This document shows positions 11,086 through 25,290 of a stretch of 64,000 bases of DNA, piece by piece (position 1 is the stretch's first letter; every line of letters begins with the position of its first letter). This stretch comes from Marsupella aquatica (taxonomy: Eukaryota > Plantae > Marchantiophyta), in the NCBI GenBank assembly GCA_973895155.1, contig OZ316892.1:9280283-9344282 (forward strand). The letters run 5' to 3'. The position numbers were made by a program, and so were the translations under genes. Under the pieces are notes generated by a model. The model was given only the letters and a program-made list of their open reading frames with translations, did not search any database and was not told the origin of the DNA.

Positions 11086-14000
11086 TCACTGCTTAGGCCT
11101 ACCCTTTCTTGCAGATCCCTCTGCATCTCTGCCTCGTTTGGGACCAGTACTTGGTCCTGGATTTGCTCTAGTCCTACAGGCTTTAGCCAATTCAATGTGT
11201 AATTTGGCATTGTTTTCCATTGTAGCATGGAAATCAACATCTGTGTAATCACCTAACACCCTTGTGGACCTGGATTCTTTGTGGAGGATTGTTCTCCATG
11301 CTATCCCCTTCTCATTGGGGTGGAAGAAAACCTGCTCCACTTGCTTTGGGAAAACGTAATCCATTTTCTTGGACACACCCAGTTCTCTATGGAAATTCAC
11401 CTGCCAAAGACCAGACTCATAATACCTCATACTGGCAGAGGATTTAGGAGTCCATGATGGATCTGCCCATTATCACCCTATTCATTAAAAGTGTATTTTA
11501 TTTTGTTCACTTTTAGGCCTCGAAATGTACACTTTTTGGTCTCTAAATGTACACTTTTTAACCCCAAAAGGTATATTATAGTACAATACTCTACACCTAA
11601 ATAGTCAATTGTAAACTTGAGAGAGAAAAAATGATCTTTACTAGAAGGAGTCTCATCCTAGTTCATTTATAAAAGATGAACATGGTGATATGTCTGATGG
11701 CCATCACCTTTATTTCTTGCCCAAATGTTTACTTTTTGAAAGCCAAATGTACACTTTCTATTGCCCAAATGTTCACAAATTGAATAATAATTCACTTTTA
11801 ATGAATAGATTGATCCATTTCCCTTTGAAAAGAATCACCTCTTTCCTCAAGCTACCGTAATTCAGTACTAAGATATCTGTCAAGGCCCCTACATACTGTA
11901 CAGATTCTTCTCTAGTTGCGCCAGACCTGTCCACCCGCTTCTCAGTGAATGTCGAAGCCATCCCAGAATCAAAAGTGCTGAATGCACCAGAATCACAATC
12001 ACTCAAACACCCCAAGGATGGAATAGTCCTCCAGTGATGCCCATAGGCTCTGCATGCCCTATACAGTCGTGCCTTCAAACTAGGTGGTGTGGAGTATGCA
12101 GATAGTAATGACCGCTCAGACTCTGTCTCAAAATTATGGGTATTGACTAATGTTTGAAACCATTCCCTGAAAGGTGGCAGTTCTTGGCAGTCAAGGGGAA
12201 ATACCACTGGTTTTCTTCGATTGGCAGGCTTCCTCATCCATTGCTTCCGGAAATCCACTCTTTGTTTGGTAACAGTCTCATTGGTAGCATCATATATCCT
12301 ACATGGCAACAACAACACTCAAGACATTAGTGCACGATCCACCATGAATATACAAACACAATGGGGCAGCATAATTATGATGCATATGGTACAAGGTTTA
12401 CATACCTATACCATGGAGCCACTGTCTCTTCATTCTCCAATATATAATGATGCATGACCATCATTTCAGACCAATTCAAAGTTATCTCCTTTGCAGCCCC
12501 TTCCAAGACAATGCCTGCAACGCCAGCATCCTCCTCCAACTCCCAGGTTCGTTTTCCCTCTCCCTTAGCATCAATCATGTATTCAGAAAGGAATCCCAAA
12601 GACTCATCTAATACATAGCCTTCAGCCATAGAAGCCTCTGGACGTGCCTTGTTTCGTACATAACCCTTCAAAACCTTCAGGTTCCTCTCTATTGGGTACA
12701 TCCATCTGCCTATAACTGGGCCACACAAGTCTAATTCCTCCACTAGGTGAATCATTAAATGGGTCATGACATCAAAGAAGCTTGGTGGAAAATGGATTTC
12801 CACAATGCAGAGAGTGAATGCAACATCCATCATCAAATTCTCATACATTGAAGGGTCCCACACCTTCGTACAGATCTGGCGATAGATATTGCTCATCCCA
12901 GCTATGGCCAAGCGAACCCCTTCATCAAGTAATCCCATTGTTGCCAGAGGGAGAATCTGTTGCATGAGTTGGTGGAAATCATGTGATTTCAACCCAGAGA
13001 GTTTCTTGGATTTTGTAACACACTTTGCCAAAGAACTTGAAAAACCAGTGGGCCCTTTCAAGGTCAATAACACCTCCAAGAACCTTGTTCTTTCCTTCTT
13101 GCTCAGGCAATATGGGGCTGGGGGCATCAACAATTTGTCATCCTTACGCTTGGGAGGTGGATTGGGTACAAGCCATAGGTGTTGGCGCACCTGTAAGAGC
13201 TTCAGGTCTTCTCGCACAGAAGGAGTGTCCTTGGTCCCAATGATAGTGTGCACAATGTTGTGTGCAAGATTCTTCTCACAGTGCATGGGATCTAGACAAT
13301 GGTTAATGAGTAGTTCCTGCAGTGGACACACAATTCAGAAATTAGGGCACTGAATACAACAATTACAAAATCTGGGCTACAAGAAGTAAACACATTTCAA
13401 AGTCATATGAAGAGATTGCAGAAATTCATTGTAGTAGTATGGAGTCTTACGTTCCAATAGGGTAACTTGTACAGACCAGTAGTCCTCTTCACTCCATGCA
13501 CCTTTATGGGGCAGCTCTCATCCTCAACCTTGGTTCCTCCCTTCTTCAAATATTCTGTTGTCTCGTCTCCCCACTTCTTTCTATCAGAGCTTGACATTCT
13601 ACACGGTGCAGGTCGGCTCTCAATTGCACCATCAAAGTATTGTGCACTGTCTGGTCTACAAAAAAGATGCCTTGCTGCTAACCATCGACGGTGGCCACTG
13701 TACTCTAATTTCTGCAAGTGCTTAGAACCACGTGCCACACATTTTGGCCCACAGATGACACATCCTTTGTATCCAGCGTGTTGTTGTCCAGATATTAAAC
13801 CATATGCAGGGTAATCATTGATTGTCCACAATAGCACAGCCCTTAGGTTGAAGTGTTGAGACAATCCTGGGCGTGGCAATTTGTCAAAGCAGGGCATTCC
13901 TTTCGTCCACAACAGCTCCAACTCCTCATAGAATGGGCCCAATATTATGTCCAGTTGTTCCTCTGTTACTAAATCAGGTCCTGGAATCAGCATAGCTAGC

Positions 14001-15334
14001 ATGACAAAGAACTTCTTGGTGGTAAGCCAAGGAGGTAAATTGTAATTCAACAACAAGATTGGCCAGGTAGACCAAGCTGTGGAATTATTCCCAAAGGGAT
14101 TCACCCCATCAAGTGCCAACCCAAATCGCACATTCCTTGGTTCAGCTGCAAATTTTTTATCAATATTTGTATCCACATGCTTCCAAGCCTTGGAATCTGC
14201 TGCGTGCCGAACCATGTTGTCTGTGCTTCTATTCTCATGATGCCAAGTCATGAGTTTAGATGTACCAGCAGTGGCATACAATCTCTTCAACCTGGGAATT
14301 ATAGGGAAATACCGCACCACCTTCCTTGCCTGTAATGAATTCCCCACTCTCTTCATCTTGGGCTGCTGACACACTGAACAGTTTTCTAACTTGGCATTTT
14401 CACCCCTAAAGAGCATGCAACCTTTCTCACAGACAGGGATTCTCTCATAATCCAAGCCAAGCTTTCTCAATAGCTGCTTTGCAGCATATAAGTTCTTGGG
14501 CAGATTATGCTCTGCAGGCATACCATGCTCCCCCATCAAAGACAACAATGCATTCACTCCTTTGTTTGAGAATCCATGGCCATGACAGATGTTTAGCAGA
14601 AGCAACATGAATGACACAACATCTATTTTGCTGCCTGGGAACAAAGGTTGCATTGCTGCATCTAAAGATAACTGTGCAGGATCAGTCTCCACAGGAGTTT
14701 TGGAGGTTTGAAGGGGGTTTACAGGATGGGCACCTCCTTCACTCTCATCATCCCCAAGTACAAAGTCCAAGTCAAAACGGTCCTGATCATGTAGCTCATG
14801 CTCAGGGGATTCTTCACTGGTTCTCAGCAACATTTCTTCCAGTAGAGCCCTGATATGTTCTTCGACATCTATAGTTGGATGTTCTTGAACATCCACAGTT
14901 GGATACTCTGGAACATCCACAGTTGGATACTCTGGAACATCTACAAATAAATGTTCTTCAACATTTACAGTTGGCTGTTGTGCACAGGTTGCCTGCTGAA
15001 GGTTTGCTACCCTCAATGCCTCAGGGCCATGTTGTGACATGTAGTCAGCACCCCACTCTTCATCAGAAGAGTCCTGTCCCTCTCCCACCCACACTCGACA
15101 TGCAGGGTACCGACCATGTTTAATAAGGTGCAGTCTAGCAGTATTCCGATTAGTCCTATAATTCCCTTTGCAGTTCACACAAGGACAGTACATCTTACGG
15201 TCCCCACTCTTGTGGCAGGCCTTCTGTTCTCGAACCCACAAAGCATCATCACGATGTTGTACTCTAGCTGGATGGAAGAGCGGCAACTTTGGAGTTCTAC
15301 CCACACCTAACGTATTCTGTGGCAATTGTGCCAT
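11086..15334 (-). pseudogene. TnpD-like CACTA transposase (transposase-associated Zn domain, Transposase_21, DUF4218, DUF4216), disrupted by a MITE
   Basis: Motifs YCPCVNC, RNVRFGLALDGVNPF, LWTINDYPAYG, LDPMHCEKN, LKSHDFHQL, PPSFFDVMTHL, RWMYPIER, YVFPKQVEQVFF. Introns at ~13450-13317 and ~12405-12299. MITE insertion at 11472-11814. Confidence 0.92.
11472..11814. mobile_element. 343-bp MITE with 22-bp imperfect TIRs and a 5-bp TSD CCATT
   Basis: ATCACCCTATTCATTAAAAGTG at 11472 versus its inverse ending at 11814 (20/22). CCATT at 11467-11471 and 11815-11819. Removal restores FKGKW-ADPSWTPKSSASMRYYE. Confidence 0.85.
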
Positions 15335-15934
15335 GCTAGCTTGATTGAAATTGTATTCAAACTATGATTTTCAAACTGAATCAGAGTGACATGCATACAA
15401 AATTGGGCCTACCGTCACAGTTGTACAACCGATGCCAACCACAGTCCAATTGCTCAAACCCATAGAGCCCAGTTTCTCAAATCCACTGTAGTAGGGCACC
15501 TTCTCCTTCTTGCATACAAATAGAGCATCACATACAGTGTCATCAGAATGATACTATGAACGTAAATCTCTGTGCCTTCATCATTTCCAGTATTTGTTTG
15601 CCTATTAGGAATGTGAGCAGACAGGTCTGGAATAAGTAACGTTTGTGACACCAGTGACAAATTTACAAGTGAAGTTTAGACATCAATATGGAGGAAAGTC
15701 ACACTCAAAGCACATGCTTGAAAATCGGAATCCTACCCTGGAAAAGATAATAAAGTTGATTTCTCAAAATTAATTGCCTCAATCCGCAATGCACTGTCGT
15801 AGAGTGTGTATACATGAGGAGTTCATCAAACTGCATATAAATAGTCCACATGTTTTAGCACTCTGAAAATTGTTTAAGTCCACGTGAAACCATCAAAAAG
15901 CTCTATCTCAAGTTTGTGTTCCATCCAACCTCAA

Positions 15935-16594
15935 TCAAATCCAAGATATGTGGCTCCTAGCAGGAGTGCCTAGTGTAGGGTCAATGTCATGGTCAGGACA
16001 GTAAAACATCCCCTTCTTGGGCTGCCCATGTGCTGAGTGATCCCAAATTGTTCGATCATGGGCAAATCCCCTCTGCTGGATAAACAGCAGGCAGTCCTTG
16101 TGCCATGCCTTAGGACACCTCATGCACTGAACCAAAAAGCCATTAGCCCCATCATTGGGCCCCTATCCACAAGTAAGACAAATATGGAGTCCACATGATG
16201 CTGTGCCAGGAACCAAACACTGCCGACAGTAAAACCGGGCACAGAGAGAGTCTGGACATTTTCTTACCTCTTCACCAATTTTTCCAGACACATGGCACTT
16301 AAAGCAAGAATGTTCCTCATTCTTGCAATCAACACAAAGCCATTCTCCAACATGGCCATCAGCGAGGGATATAGTTGGGCATAGCCATTGCTGACCCAAA
16401 GGACAGGAAATATTCTTATGGAAATGTCGGTGGCAAGGCCCATCACAAACAATGAGATCCCCTCCCTCATCACAAATCGCACATACATGTGGACTATTCT
16501 GGTTAATCTCAATGTCTGAATATAAGGACAATTGAGGTGCTTGAGAGGATTCACCTCTGCAACGATTCATAGCCTTCTGCTTATTGCGAGCCAT
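15935..16594 (-). pseudogene. EDM2/NSD-type tandem PHD-finger module carried in the CACTA element; one in-frame TAG at 16163-16165
   Basis: VCAICDEGGDLIVCDGPCHRHFH...WLCVDCKNEEHSCFKC...CARFYC...CGLHIC...QCMRCPKAWHKDC...FYCPDHDIDPTLGTPARSHI. The ORFs 16163-16606 and 15935-16135 are in the same frame. The C-terminal YCxxHxIDxxLGTPxRxHI resembles plant EDM2. Confidence 0.8.
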
Positions 16595-19500
16595 GGTCCT
16601 GCACACTCAGACCCTACATCAGATTGTGAAACAAGAAGGAATAACAGGGTGCAGCATGACACAAAAGAATGAGGGTGCAGCATAAAATATGACATGTAAC
16701 CACAAGGGTGCAGCATAAACCAATGCTTTATAGATGGCAAAGCATTTAGGACTGAGCAGCGCAAATAACCTTGGCCTATGATTGGAAGCAATCACAAATA
16801 TTGCAACCTGTATGCCTTCGCTTGCTGTACAGCAGTGCTCACTCACCCTGCCTTTTTAAAATCTGTAAGGGCAACACAGAACAAATAGCAATTGAGTTTC
16901 AGCAAAGCATTCATTTGGCTCTCAAGTTTTAAAATGGACAGAGCAAACACAACAATGTGCACAACAAAGCACAGAGAGCAACAAAACTCCAGCAAACTGG
17001 GACTCAGGCAAGAGATACGAATTTTAGCAGCGAAATCAAATCAAGATTCGGACCTGTGAGTTCAACATGCAGTGCTCACTCACCATGCCCTTTTTTAAAT
17101 CTGTAAAAATCAAGTTTTATTGTGTGCCTTCTACATCTTAAGCTGTTGCACACATCTGTTACAGAACCATAAGTTGCTTTACTCTCAACAAGCTGCTGGT
17201 CCACCCACTTTTTCAAAAGCTGCACCGTACTCTATCTTCGTGCACAAATGACTATACCGGGCTGCTGTCAGAGACCCTTACGAAGAATTTAAAATTGACC
17301 AAGCTGATTTTAGTTTAGTTTCGTCCAGTTTGCAGACCAAAGGAAATCATGTGGCTGTATTCATGGAGTTGTATTCATTGCTGTGTATGGATGTTGTGTG
17401 AACATCAGACAGTTAGCTGTAAATTACCATAGTTGAAGAGCAAGGCTTGTACAAAAGCCACTAAGGAATTCTCTGAGGTGGCACAGCAGTTGGCAAACCA
17501 CACACGAAACTCTGAAACTTTTTGGCGACAAAATTCTACAGAGTCGCTGCTGGAATCAAGTGAGGATTCACCATACATGCCTGCACTTCTCTTCAGTAAA
17601 AAAAAGAGAAAAGAAAAGGGCTATGATACAGAGGGATGTCAAAAGAAGAGTAAGGAAACCAATTCATTGAGGAACATAGACAGACTAAGCAAAACATCAT
17701 ACAATGGAAAACTAAGGACTACATTGTAATAATAAGAGATCAAGCTCACCTTGCACCACAAAGATTGTCACGAGTCACCTCGCAGTTCCTTGCAGCTTAG
17801 GTCCAGGATGACATTTCAATATGGAGGAAAGGAGTTTACTCATTTAAAACAGAGAAGGAGTGGCATCTACAGGGACTTTGGCGGCACACTGAAAAGGTTG
17901 GCGATATATCAGGTTATCTTTCTAGGTTGACACTGCCAATAGAATTTTGAACACAACAAACACAACAAACACTGGGCCAGATATAGAATTTTGAACACAA
18001 GGGTATGGCATCCTGATTTGCCTAACTCAATCAACTTAATAGCATATTTTTATGTTCAATTAGGCAGCACTAAATAGAACAGCCTTTCACGCAGTCAGAA
18101 TAATTGGCAATAATTGCCAGACGACAACAAGACAACAAACTGAACTGAACATAGCAGACAAATCCAACAAGTAGCAATCAGAAATCAACAGCAGACAGAC
18201 AGAGGACAACTCGGTCAGAACTCGGGCACTTGATTTAGTTGTGGTAAATAGCCGTTCAAGTTCTGGACAAGCAAGAGCAATACGTGAGCAGACTCCAGAA
18301 AAATCATCTCTTGAGATTGAGGAGAAAGGCATTCCCCAGCCAGCTTACCTATGTCTTGAAAAATGTATCGGACATCGTGGACGCTGGGCCTCAGCTGCTG
18401 GTCGCAAGGGAAGATTTTGCCAAAACAAACAATAAAGCTCGAAGATAGTTAAATTTCTTAGGTCATTCTAAATGGGGACTGAATTAGCAATTAGAACCAG
18501 TAAACCCTGATCTTGGGCAAGCAGAGAGAGAAGACTCTGCGCCTAATACTTATGTCTACCCGAATTTTACTGGGACATATGAGCATTGGGATGGCATTGC
18601 AAAGCAGAATTTTGTAGCAGTGGAAGGAATCAACATAGATAGCAGTGGAAGGTCGCAGTGGAGCTAGCATGGGACAGGGAAGGAAATGCAGGCACTTGTG
18701 ATGCAAAAGGCTATAGAGGGCGAGAAGGTGGACAACCAAACTCAGAAAACTCAAAGAACATGTAGCAAATGGCAATAGAATTGAAGATCAGAGAACCTGA
18801 GTGGGCAAAAAATTGATATAGATTGTAATGGGCAATAAAGAAGCTCAACCGGGAGACTAGCAGTAGTGGAGACAGTTCCGTCTTAAATGGAAAAGGAGAG
18901 ATATATACAATAAAGAGAGACGTCCTTTAAAGTAGAAATTGTCTGAAAAGTAAGTGCAGATAAGTGCATGCAACAGGAGCGGTCACATACAAATTGAGCA
19001 GATCCTCTCAAGGCTACAGAGGGCGAGAAGGTGGACAACCAAACTCAGCAAACTCAAAGAACAAGTAGTAAATGGCAATAGAATAGAAGATCAGAGAACA
19101 TGTAGCGAATGGAGAGGGATAGATAGAGAAAAAACATAAGCAGAGAGCTCTGGCACACAGCAACATAGGTCCCAATTGCAGGTCCCAGGCTGGGGTGGAG
19201 CCGGAAGTGGAGAGCACAGAGCAACCAGGCAAATCACAGCATGGGCGCCAATGGGAATAAGGTCAATACCTTTGAGGCGGAAGCTAGCAGGCCTCAACTT
19301 GCAGGTAGCAGCTTGTGCTCTGTTGCCTTCTGCAAGTAGCTTGCACTCTCAGCTTCCGCAATGAGTCGCCTCTCCCCTTTTGCAAGCAGCTGCTCGACCT
19401 CTCCCCTTCCGCAAGCAGCTTGCCTTCTCCCCGTCCGCAATCAGGTCACCTCTCCCCTTCCGCAAGCAGCTCGCACCCACTTAAAGAAACAAATGTTGAG

Positions 19501-20284
19501 ACCAAACAAACAACCGGCTCCCTTCCGCAAACTCCACAACCTCTTCAAGAAGCTATCGTCGACCTTCCACAGCAAGAATCATTTCCTCCCTGCTTTCACT
19601 GCCTCCACGAGCTTCCATAGCAATCGCCTTCCATGATGATCGGGGCCCCAGTGCGCAAATGCCTTCCGCATCCACCTTGCGCAGCTTGTTGCCGATCGTA
19701 GCTCCTCACCCACAGCTCATGACCCGCAGCTTGTTGCTCGACTGTTTCTGATTGTGTCCGGCTCTTCCTTCTGCAGCTCTTCCCTTCCGCACCTCCAACC
19801 TCACGCAACTCCTCCCCTCCCGCAACTCCAACCTGTGCTCCTGGGGCAACTCCAACCTGTGCGCGGAAGAGTGTTGCAGCTCCTCCCCTCCTGCAACTCC
19901 ACCCTGTGCTAGTCTAGCAAATGTGCTCGGAAGAGTGTCGCAGCTCCTCCCCTCCCGCAACTCCAACCTATGCTCCCGGGGCAAATGTGTTCGGAAGAGT
20001 GTCGAAGCTTGGTGGAGGCAATGCACAACGCTGCGCAACCCTAAGCCCTTGCAATGTGCACACAAGGCATGCCAAGAAAAGAGCACATCGAGCATTGCCC
20101 TCTCCGTCGATGTTTTTTCAGGAAAAAGGGCTCCTGTTGGTACGCGAGAACACTTGAGGAGGAAAAACCTAATGCTGGACGCCTAAACCCCGTAAAAGTA
20201 AGGTATTTCTCCAGATGGGGATGGTGGATATTGTACGTGGGTCATGAATTAGGTTCTATTCTGACAATCTCTCATATGTCTGGA

Positions 20285-20475
20285 CCCCCCATAAGGCCCT
20301 AGGGAAGTTGAGACTAGGTTAATAACAATGTAAACCACCCCCCCCTCGCCCCCATAAGGCCCTAGGGAAATACCGACTATATAGGGTAATAACAAGGTCC
20401 GGACGCCCCCATAAGGTCCTAAGTAGGGAAGGCAAGGTTAATAACTTATAATGTCTCAACCCCCCCCATAAGGTC
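20285..20475 (+). repeat. Four copies of a CCCCCATAAGG(C/T)CCTAG motif
   Basis: Read directly at ~20285, 20349, 20406 and 20463. Confidence 0.7.
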
Positions 20476-20639
20476 ATGGCTGTTTGTGTAGGTGCCAACA
20501 AGAATGTTAAGGACCAATGTTATATATAAAAAATCATGCCCGCGATATAAAAGGTCCTTTTGGACCAAGGGAAGACTACATATGAGGCTATGTTGTCTAA
20601 GAGTTTTTGAGAGCATTACACCAAAGCATTAACAAGTGA

Positions 20640-23600
20640 GCCTTCCCATGACTATATGACCTCCAATATGCCAACATTAATGGCTTCCAATATGACAGCG
20701 TGAGTGACCCCACGTTTAGTCCTCAGATTGAAGCACCATTTAATTCACAAATGACCCAATGAACTCCCTTGTACCTCCAAAGAGAACCCCCCAATAGCCT
20801 TTGTAAAGACCACATTTCCAGTCATTTGGTACTTCTGACCTCTAGTATGACAACCAAGATTACCCTAATTTGAGGTGTTTTCATTAATGACACACCATGA
20901 GGGACCTCTCTAATGACCACATATGCAGTCAATTGCTCCAAATGACCTCCAACTGACTACCAAAATGACCCTTATTGTAGTCATTGACATTAATGACACA
21001 CATTATGTGAAAATGACCCAATGAAGAGTATACTACCTCTCGGAGTGCCCCTTTACAATTCCTTTGGAATTTAATAGAATATATCCAAAATCCAAATATC
21101 GGCACAAACATGACATAGTTATATAGAAGGACATAGTCTTCCACTAGTATTGCACTATATACCTCTTGGAGAGACAAAAACAATTTTTGTATGCATGCCT
21201 TAGGATGGTATGCATGCATGGTGACACTTTTGGCAAATCACTCCAAAGTTGTATGACTTGGGAGTGATTTCCCCAAGGTTGCATCATCCCTTAAGTAATT
21301 GCAAAAACATGGCTCCAAAGTGCTCATGGTGCAACTAGTGGTTGGAGAATAGTGGGTATAGTACCCCGCACCTTGTGGAGAGGTTGCCACCTTCATGTAG
21401 AGCCCCATGGCACACTAGGGCCACCTTAAGCTCCTAGACCCAAAAGGGTCATTTCTGATGGTCCGTAATGACACCATGAGGGACCTCTATAATGACCCCA
21501 TATGGAGTCATTTGGCACAAATGACTTCCAAAAGGACTGCCAAAATGACCCTTACTGCAGTCTTTGGCATTAATGACACACTATTCCTCCAAAATGACCC
21601 AATGAAGATTACAACACCTACTCACAATGCCCCGACACTATTCATATGCAAAATGGAGTATTCCCCATCCAAACACCGGCACAAACATGACACAATTACA
21701 TCACAAGATGACAACCTTCCATTGGTGTTGCGCTACTTCTTGGAGAGACCAAAAATGGCTCCATTTGCGCTTGGATACGGTGGTATGCATCCATGGTGAC
21801 ACTTTTGGCAAATCACTCCAAAGTTGTATGACTTGGGAGTGATTTGCCCAAGGTGCATCATGCCTTAAGTAATTGCAAAAACATGTGTCCAAAGTGTTCA
21901 TGGCACAACTAGTGGTTGGACGATGATGAGTATAGTGTCCCGCATCTAGTGGAGGGGGTTTTCACCTCTATGTGGGGCCCCATGGCACTCTAGGGCCCAC
22001 CTCCAGCCCCTAGCCCCAAACTGGTCATTTGTGCTTCTGCTTAATGATTGCACAAGGGACCCCTCAAATGACCACAAATCCAGTCATTTGACTTATGTGA
22101 CAGCCCATATGACAGATTTAATGACCCTACTTGTAGTCATTGGTATTTATGACACCAATTTTTTCAGAAATGACTCAATGAAGATTACACTACCTTCTTG
22201 AGTGCCCCATCACTATTCATTTGCAAAATAGAATATTCCCCATCCAAACACCGGCACAAACATGACACAATTACATGGAAGGACAACAGCCTTGCACTAC
22301 TTCTTGTAGAGACAAAAAAAATGGCTTCATTTCCTTTTAGATAGGACGGTATGCATCAATGGTGACACTTTTGGCAAATCACTCCAAAGTCGTATGACTT
22401 GGGAGTGATTTCCCCAAGATTATATCATTCCTTAAGTAAACACAAAAACATGGCTCCAAACTGCTAATGGTGCAACTAGTGGTTGGAGAATAGTAATTAT
22501 AGTATTTGACACCTAGTGGAGGGGTTGCGAGCTCTATGTGGTGCCACATGGCACTTTAGGGCCCACCTCCAGCCCCTAACCCCAAACTGGTCATTTGTGC
22601 TTTTCCTTAATTATTGCAGGAGGGACCCCTCAAATGACCACAAATCCAATCATTAGACTGATATGACTCTCTATATGACAGTTTTAATGACCCTACTTTT
22701 AGTCATTGGTATTAATGATGGGCCATTGCTCACATATGACCCAATAAAGGCCCTAGTACCTAGAATTATTGACATCCAGTCATTAGAATTATATGTCATC
22801 CCATATGACCAATTCAATGACCCTACTTGTGGTCATTGGCACTTATGACATGACTTTGTTAAAAAATGACCCAAAGAAGGTCCTAGTACCGCCAGAGAGA
22901 GCCCGCTCTACATTCCTTGCAAAAATGGAATAATCGTATACCTTTAAACATCAGACACATCATAGAGGGAAGCACCACTGCCACACCCATTCCATTGGTG
23001 TTGCGCTACCTCTTGGAGAGACAAAAAAGGGCTTCATTTGCGTTTGGAACAGTGGTATGCATCCATGGTGACACTTTTGGCAAATCACTCCAAAGTCATA
23101 CGACTTGGGAGTGATTTCCCCAAAGGTGCATCATGCCTTAAGTAAACGCAAAAACATGTGTCCAAGGTGTTTATGTCGCAACTAGTGGTTGGACAATGAT
23201 GAGTATAGTGTCCCGCACGCAGTGGAGGGGTTCTCACCTCTATGTGGGGCCACATGGCACTCTAGGGCCCACCTCCAGCCCCTAGCCCCAAACTGGTCAT
23301 TTGTGCTTTTCCTTAATGACTGCATGAGGGACCCCTCAAATGACAATAATTCAGGTCATTTCGCTTATATGACATCCAATGTGACCATTTTAATGACCTT
23401 TCTTGTAGTAATTGGCATTTATGACAGGCCATTGCTCACATATGACCCAATAAAGGCCCTAGTACCTCCAAAGAGAGCCATCTTTAGATTCCTTGCAAGG
23501 TTGGAATATTCCCAAACCCTAATCCCGCAGCCACACCATGCAAAGAAGCATGACTCCCCTGCCCATTCCATTCGTGCAGCACTACCTCTTGGAGAACCAA

Positions 23601-24420
23601 AAAACAGGTTTTATTTGCCTTTGGATGTGATGGTATACATCCATGGTTGCACTTTTGGCAAATCACTCCAAAGTCGTACGACTTGGGAGTGATTTCCCCA
23701 AAGGTGCATCATGCCTTAAGGAAACACAAAAATATGTGTCCAAAATGTTTATGTCGCAACTAGTGGTTGGACAATGATGAGTATAGTGTCCCGCACCTAG
23801 TGGAGGGGTTCTCACCTCTATGTGGGGCCCATGGCACTCTAGGGCCCACCTCAAGCCCCTAGCCCCAAAATGGTCATTTGTGCTTTTCCTTAATGACTAC
23901 ATAAGGGACCCCTCAAATGACCACAAATCCAATCATTAGACTGATATGACTCTCCATATGACAATTTTAATGACCCTACTTTTAGTCATTGGCATTTATG
24001 ACGGGCCATTGCTCACATATGACCCAATAAAGGCCCTAGTACCTCCAAAGAGAGCCAGCTTTAGATTCCTTGCAAGGTTGGAATATTCCTCTTCCCTAAA
24101 CCTGCACCGACACCATACTGAGAAGCATGACTCCCCTGCCCATTCCATTGGGGCAGCACTACCTCTTGGAGAACCAAAAAACAACTTTTATTTGCCTTTG
24201 GATGTGATGGTATGCATGCATTTATTTGCAAATTAAAATATTCCCCGTCCAAACACCGGCACAAACATGACACAATTACAACAAAGCATGACAACCTTCC
24301 ATTGGTATTGCCCTACTTCTTGGAGAGACAAAAAGGTTTCATTTGCCCCATGGATACGATAGTATGCGCGCATCTATATATGATGACACTTCTGGAAAAT
24401 CACTTCAAAGTATGACTCTA
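20640..24420. repeat. Large degenerate subterminal tandem repeats (~570-700-bp units) rich in ATGAC/GTCAT
   Basis: Anchor GGTGACACTTTTGGCAAATCACTCCAAAGT at 21220, 21795, 22361, 23067 and 23645 (variant). Confidence 0.9.
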
Positions 24421-24498
24421 CAATTATGATAGATGTCTGGAATGACTATTGAGTATTTTAATCTTCATATCTCTTGGGTTCTTTAATGACTCTATAAG

Positions 24499-24925
24499 TA
24501 GTCATTTATGTAATAAGTCCATAATGACTGTATGTTATTGTAAACATTGATATATCCTGATTTTTAGATTGACCCTATATTTAGTCATTTATGCGACAAG
24601 TCCATAATGACAGTATGTTGTTGAAAACACCGATATATCCTAATTTCAAGATTGACTGTGGAGTTAGTCATTTATGAGAGAAGTCCATAATGACGGTATG
24701 TTTTTGTAAACACTAATATGTCCTAATTTCAAGATTGACCCTAGAGTTAGTCATTTATGAGAGAAGTCCATAATGATGGTATGTTCTTGTAAACACTGAT
24801 ATGTCCTAATTTCAAGATTGACCCTAGAGTTAGTCATTTATGGCATAAGTCCATAATGACAATATGTTGTTGTAAACACTGATATATTCTCATTTTCAGA
24901 TTGACCCTAAATTTTGTCATTTAAC
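24499..24925 (+). repeat. 83-bp tandem repeat, ~5 copies (CACTA subterminal)
   Basis: TAGTCATTTATG at 24499, 24582, 24665, 24748 and 24831. Confidence 0.92.
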
Positions 24926-25290
24926 ACCGTTGGTTAAAATGACGATAATACATTTTTTGTCATTTATCACCGTTGTCCAAAATGATCCAAATAGATTTTT
25001 GGTCATTTCAGTCATTGTCCAGAGTGACTATAATGTTGATAAACACTGATTTGTCATTGTTGTTATTAATTGTGTCATTTAAGACATGTGTCTAAATTGA
25101 CCATTTAGGGAAATTGGGTCATTTTGGTCGCATCAGTCATTATAGACATTATACAAAATGACGAAAAAATTAAAATTTTGTCATTTCAGTCTATTGGTCA
25201 TTGTGGACAGTCATTCCCCTGTCATTCTTTTTGTGTCATTAAAACTTTTGGTCATTTATTCATCTCTGTCATTGGGTGATTGGTCATAAA

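Noticed and set aside
14873-14945. 24-bp repeat (VDVPEYPT) in TnpD
   Set aside because: Ordinary in-frame slippage in a disordered linker.
21458-24415. Multiple short ORFs with recurring peptides
   Set aside because: Translations of the subterminal tandem repeats; frames are not conserved between units.
24499-24925. CRISPR-like array
   Set aside because: Whole 83-bp units are repeated with no unique spacers, there are no cas genes, and the context is eukaryotic and CACTA-subterminal.
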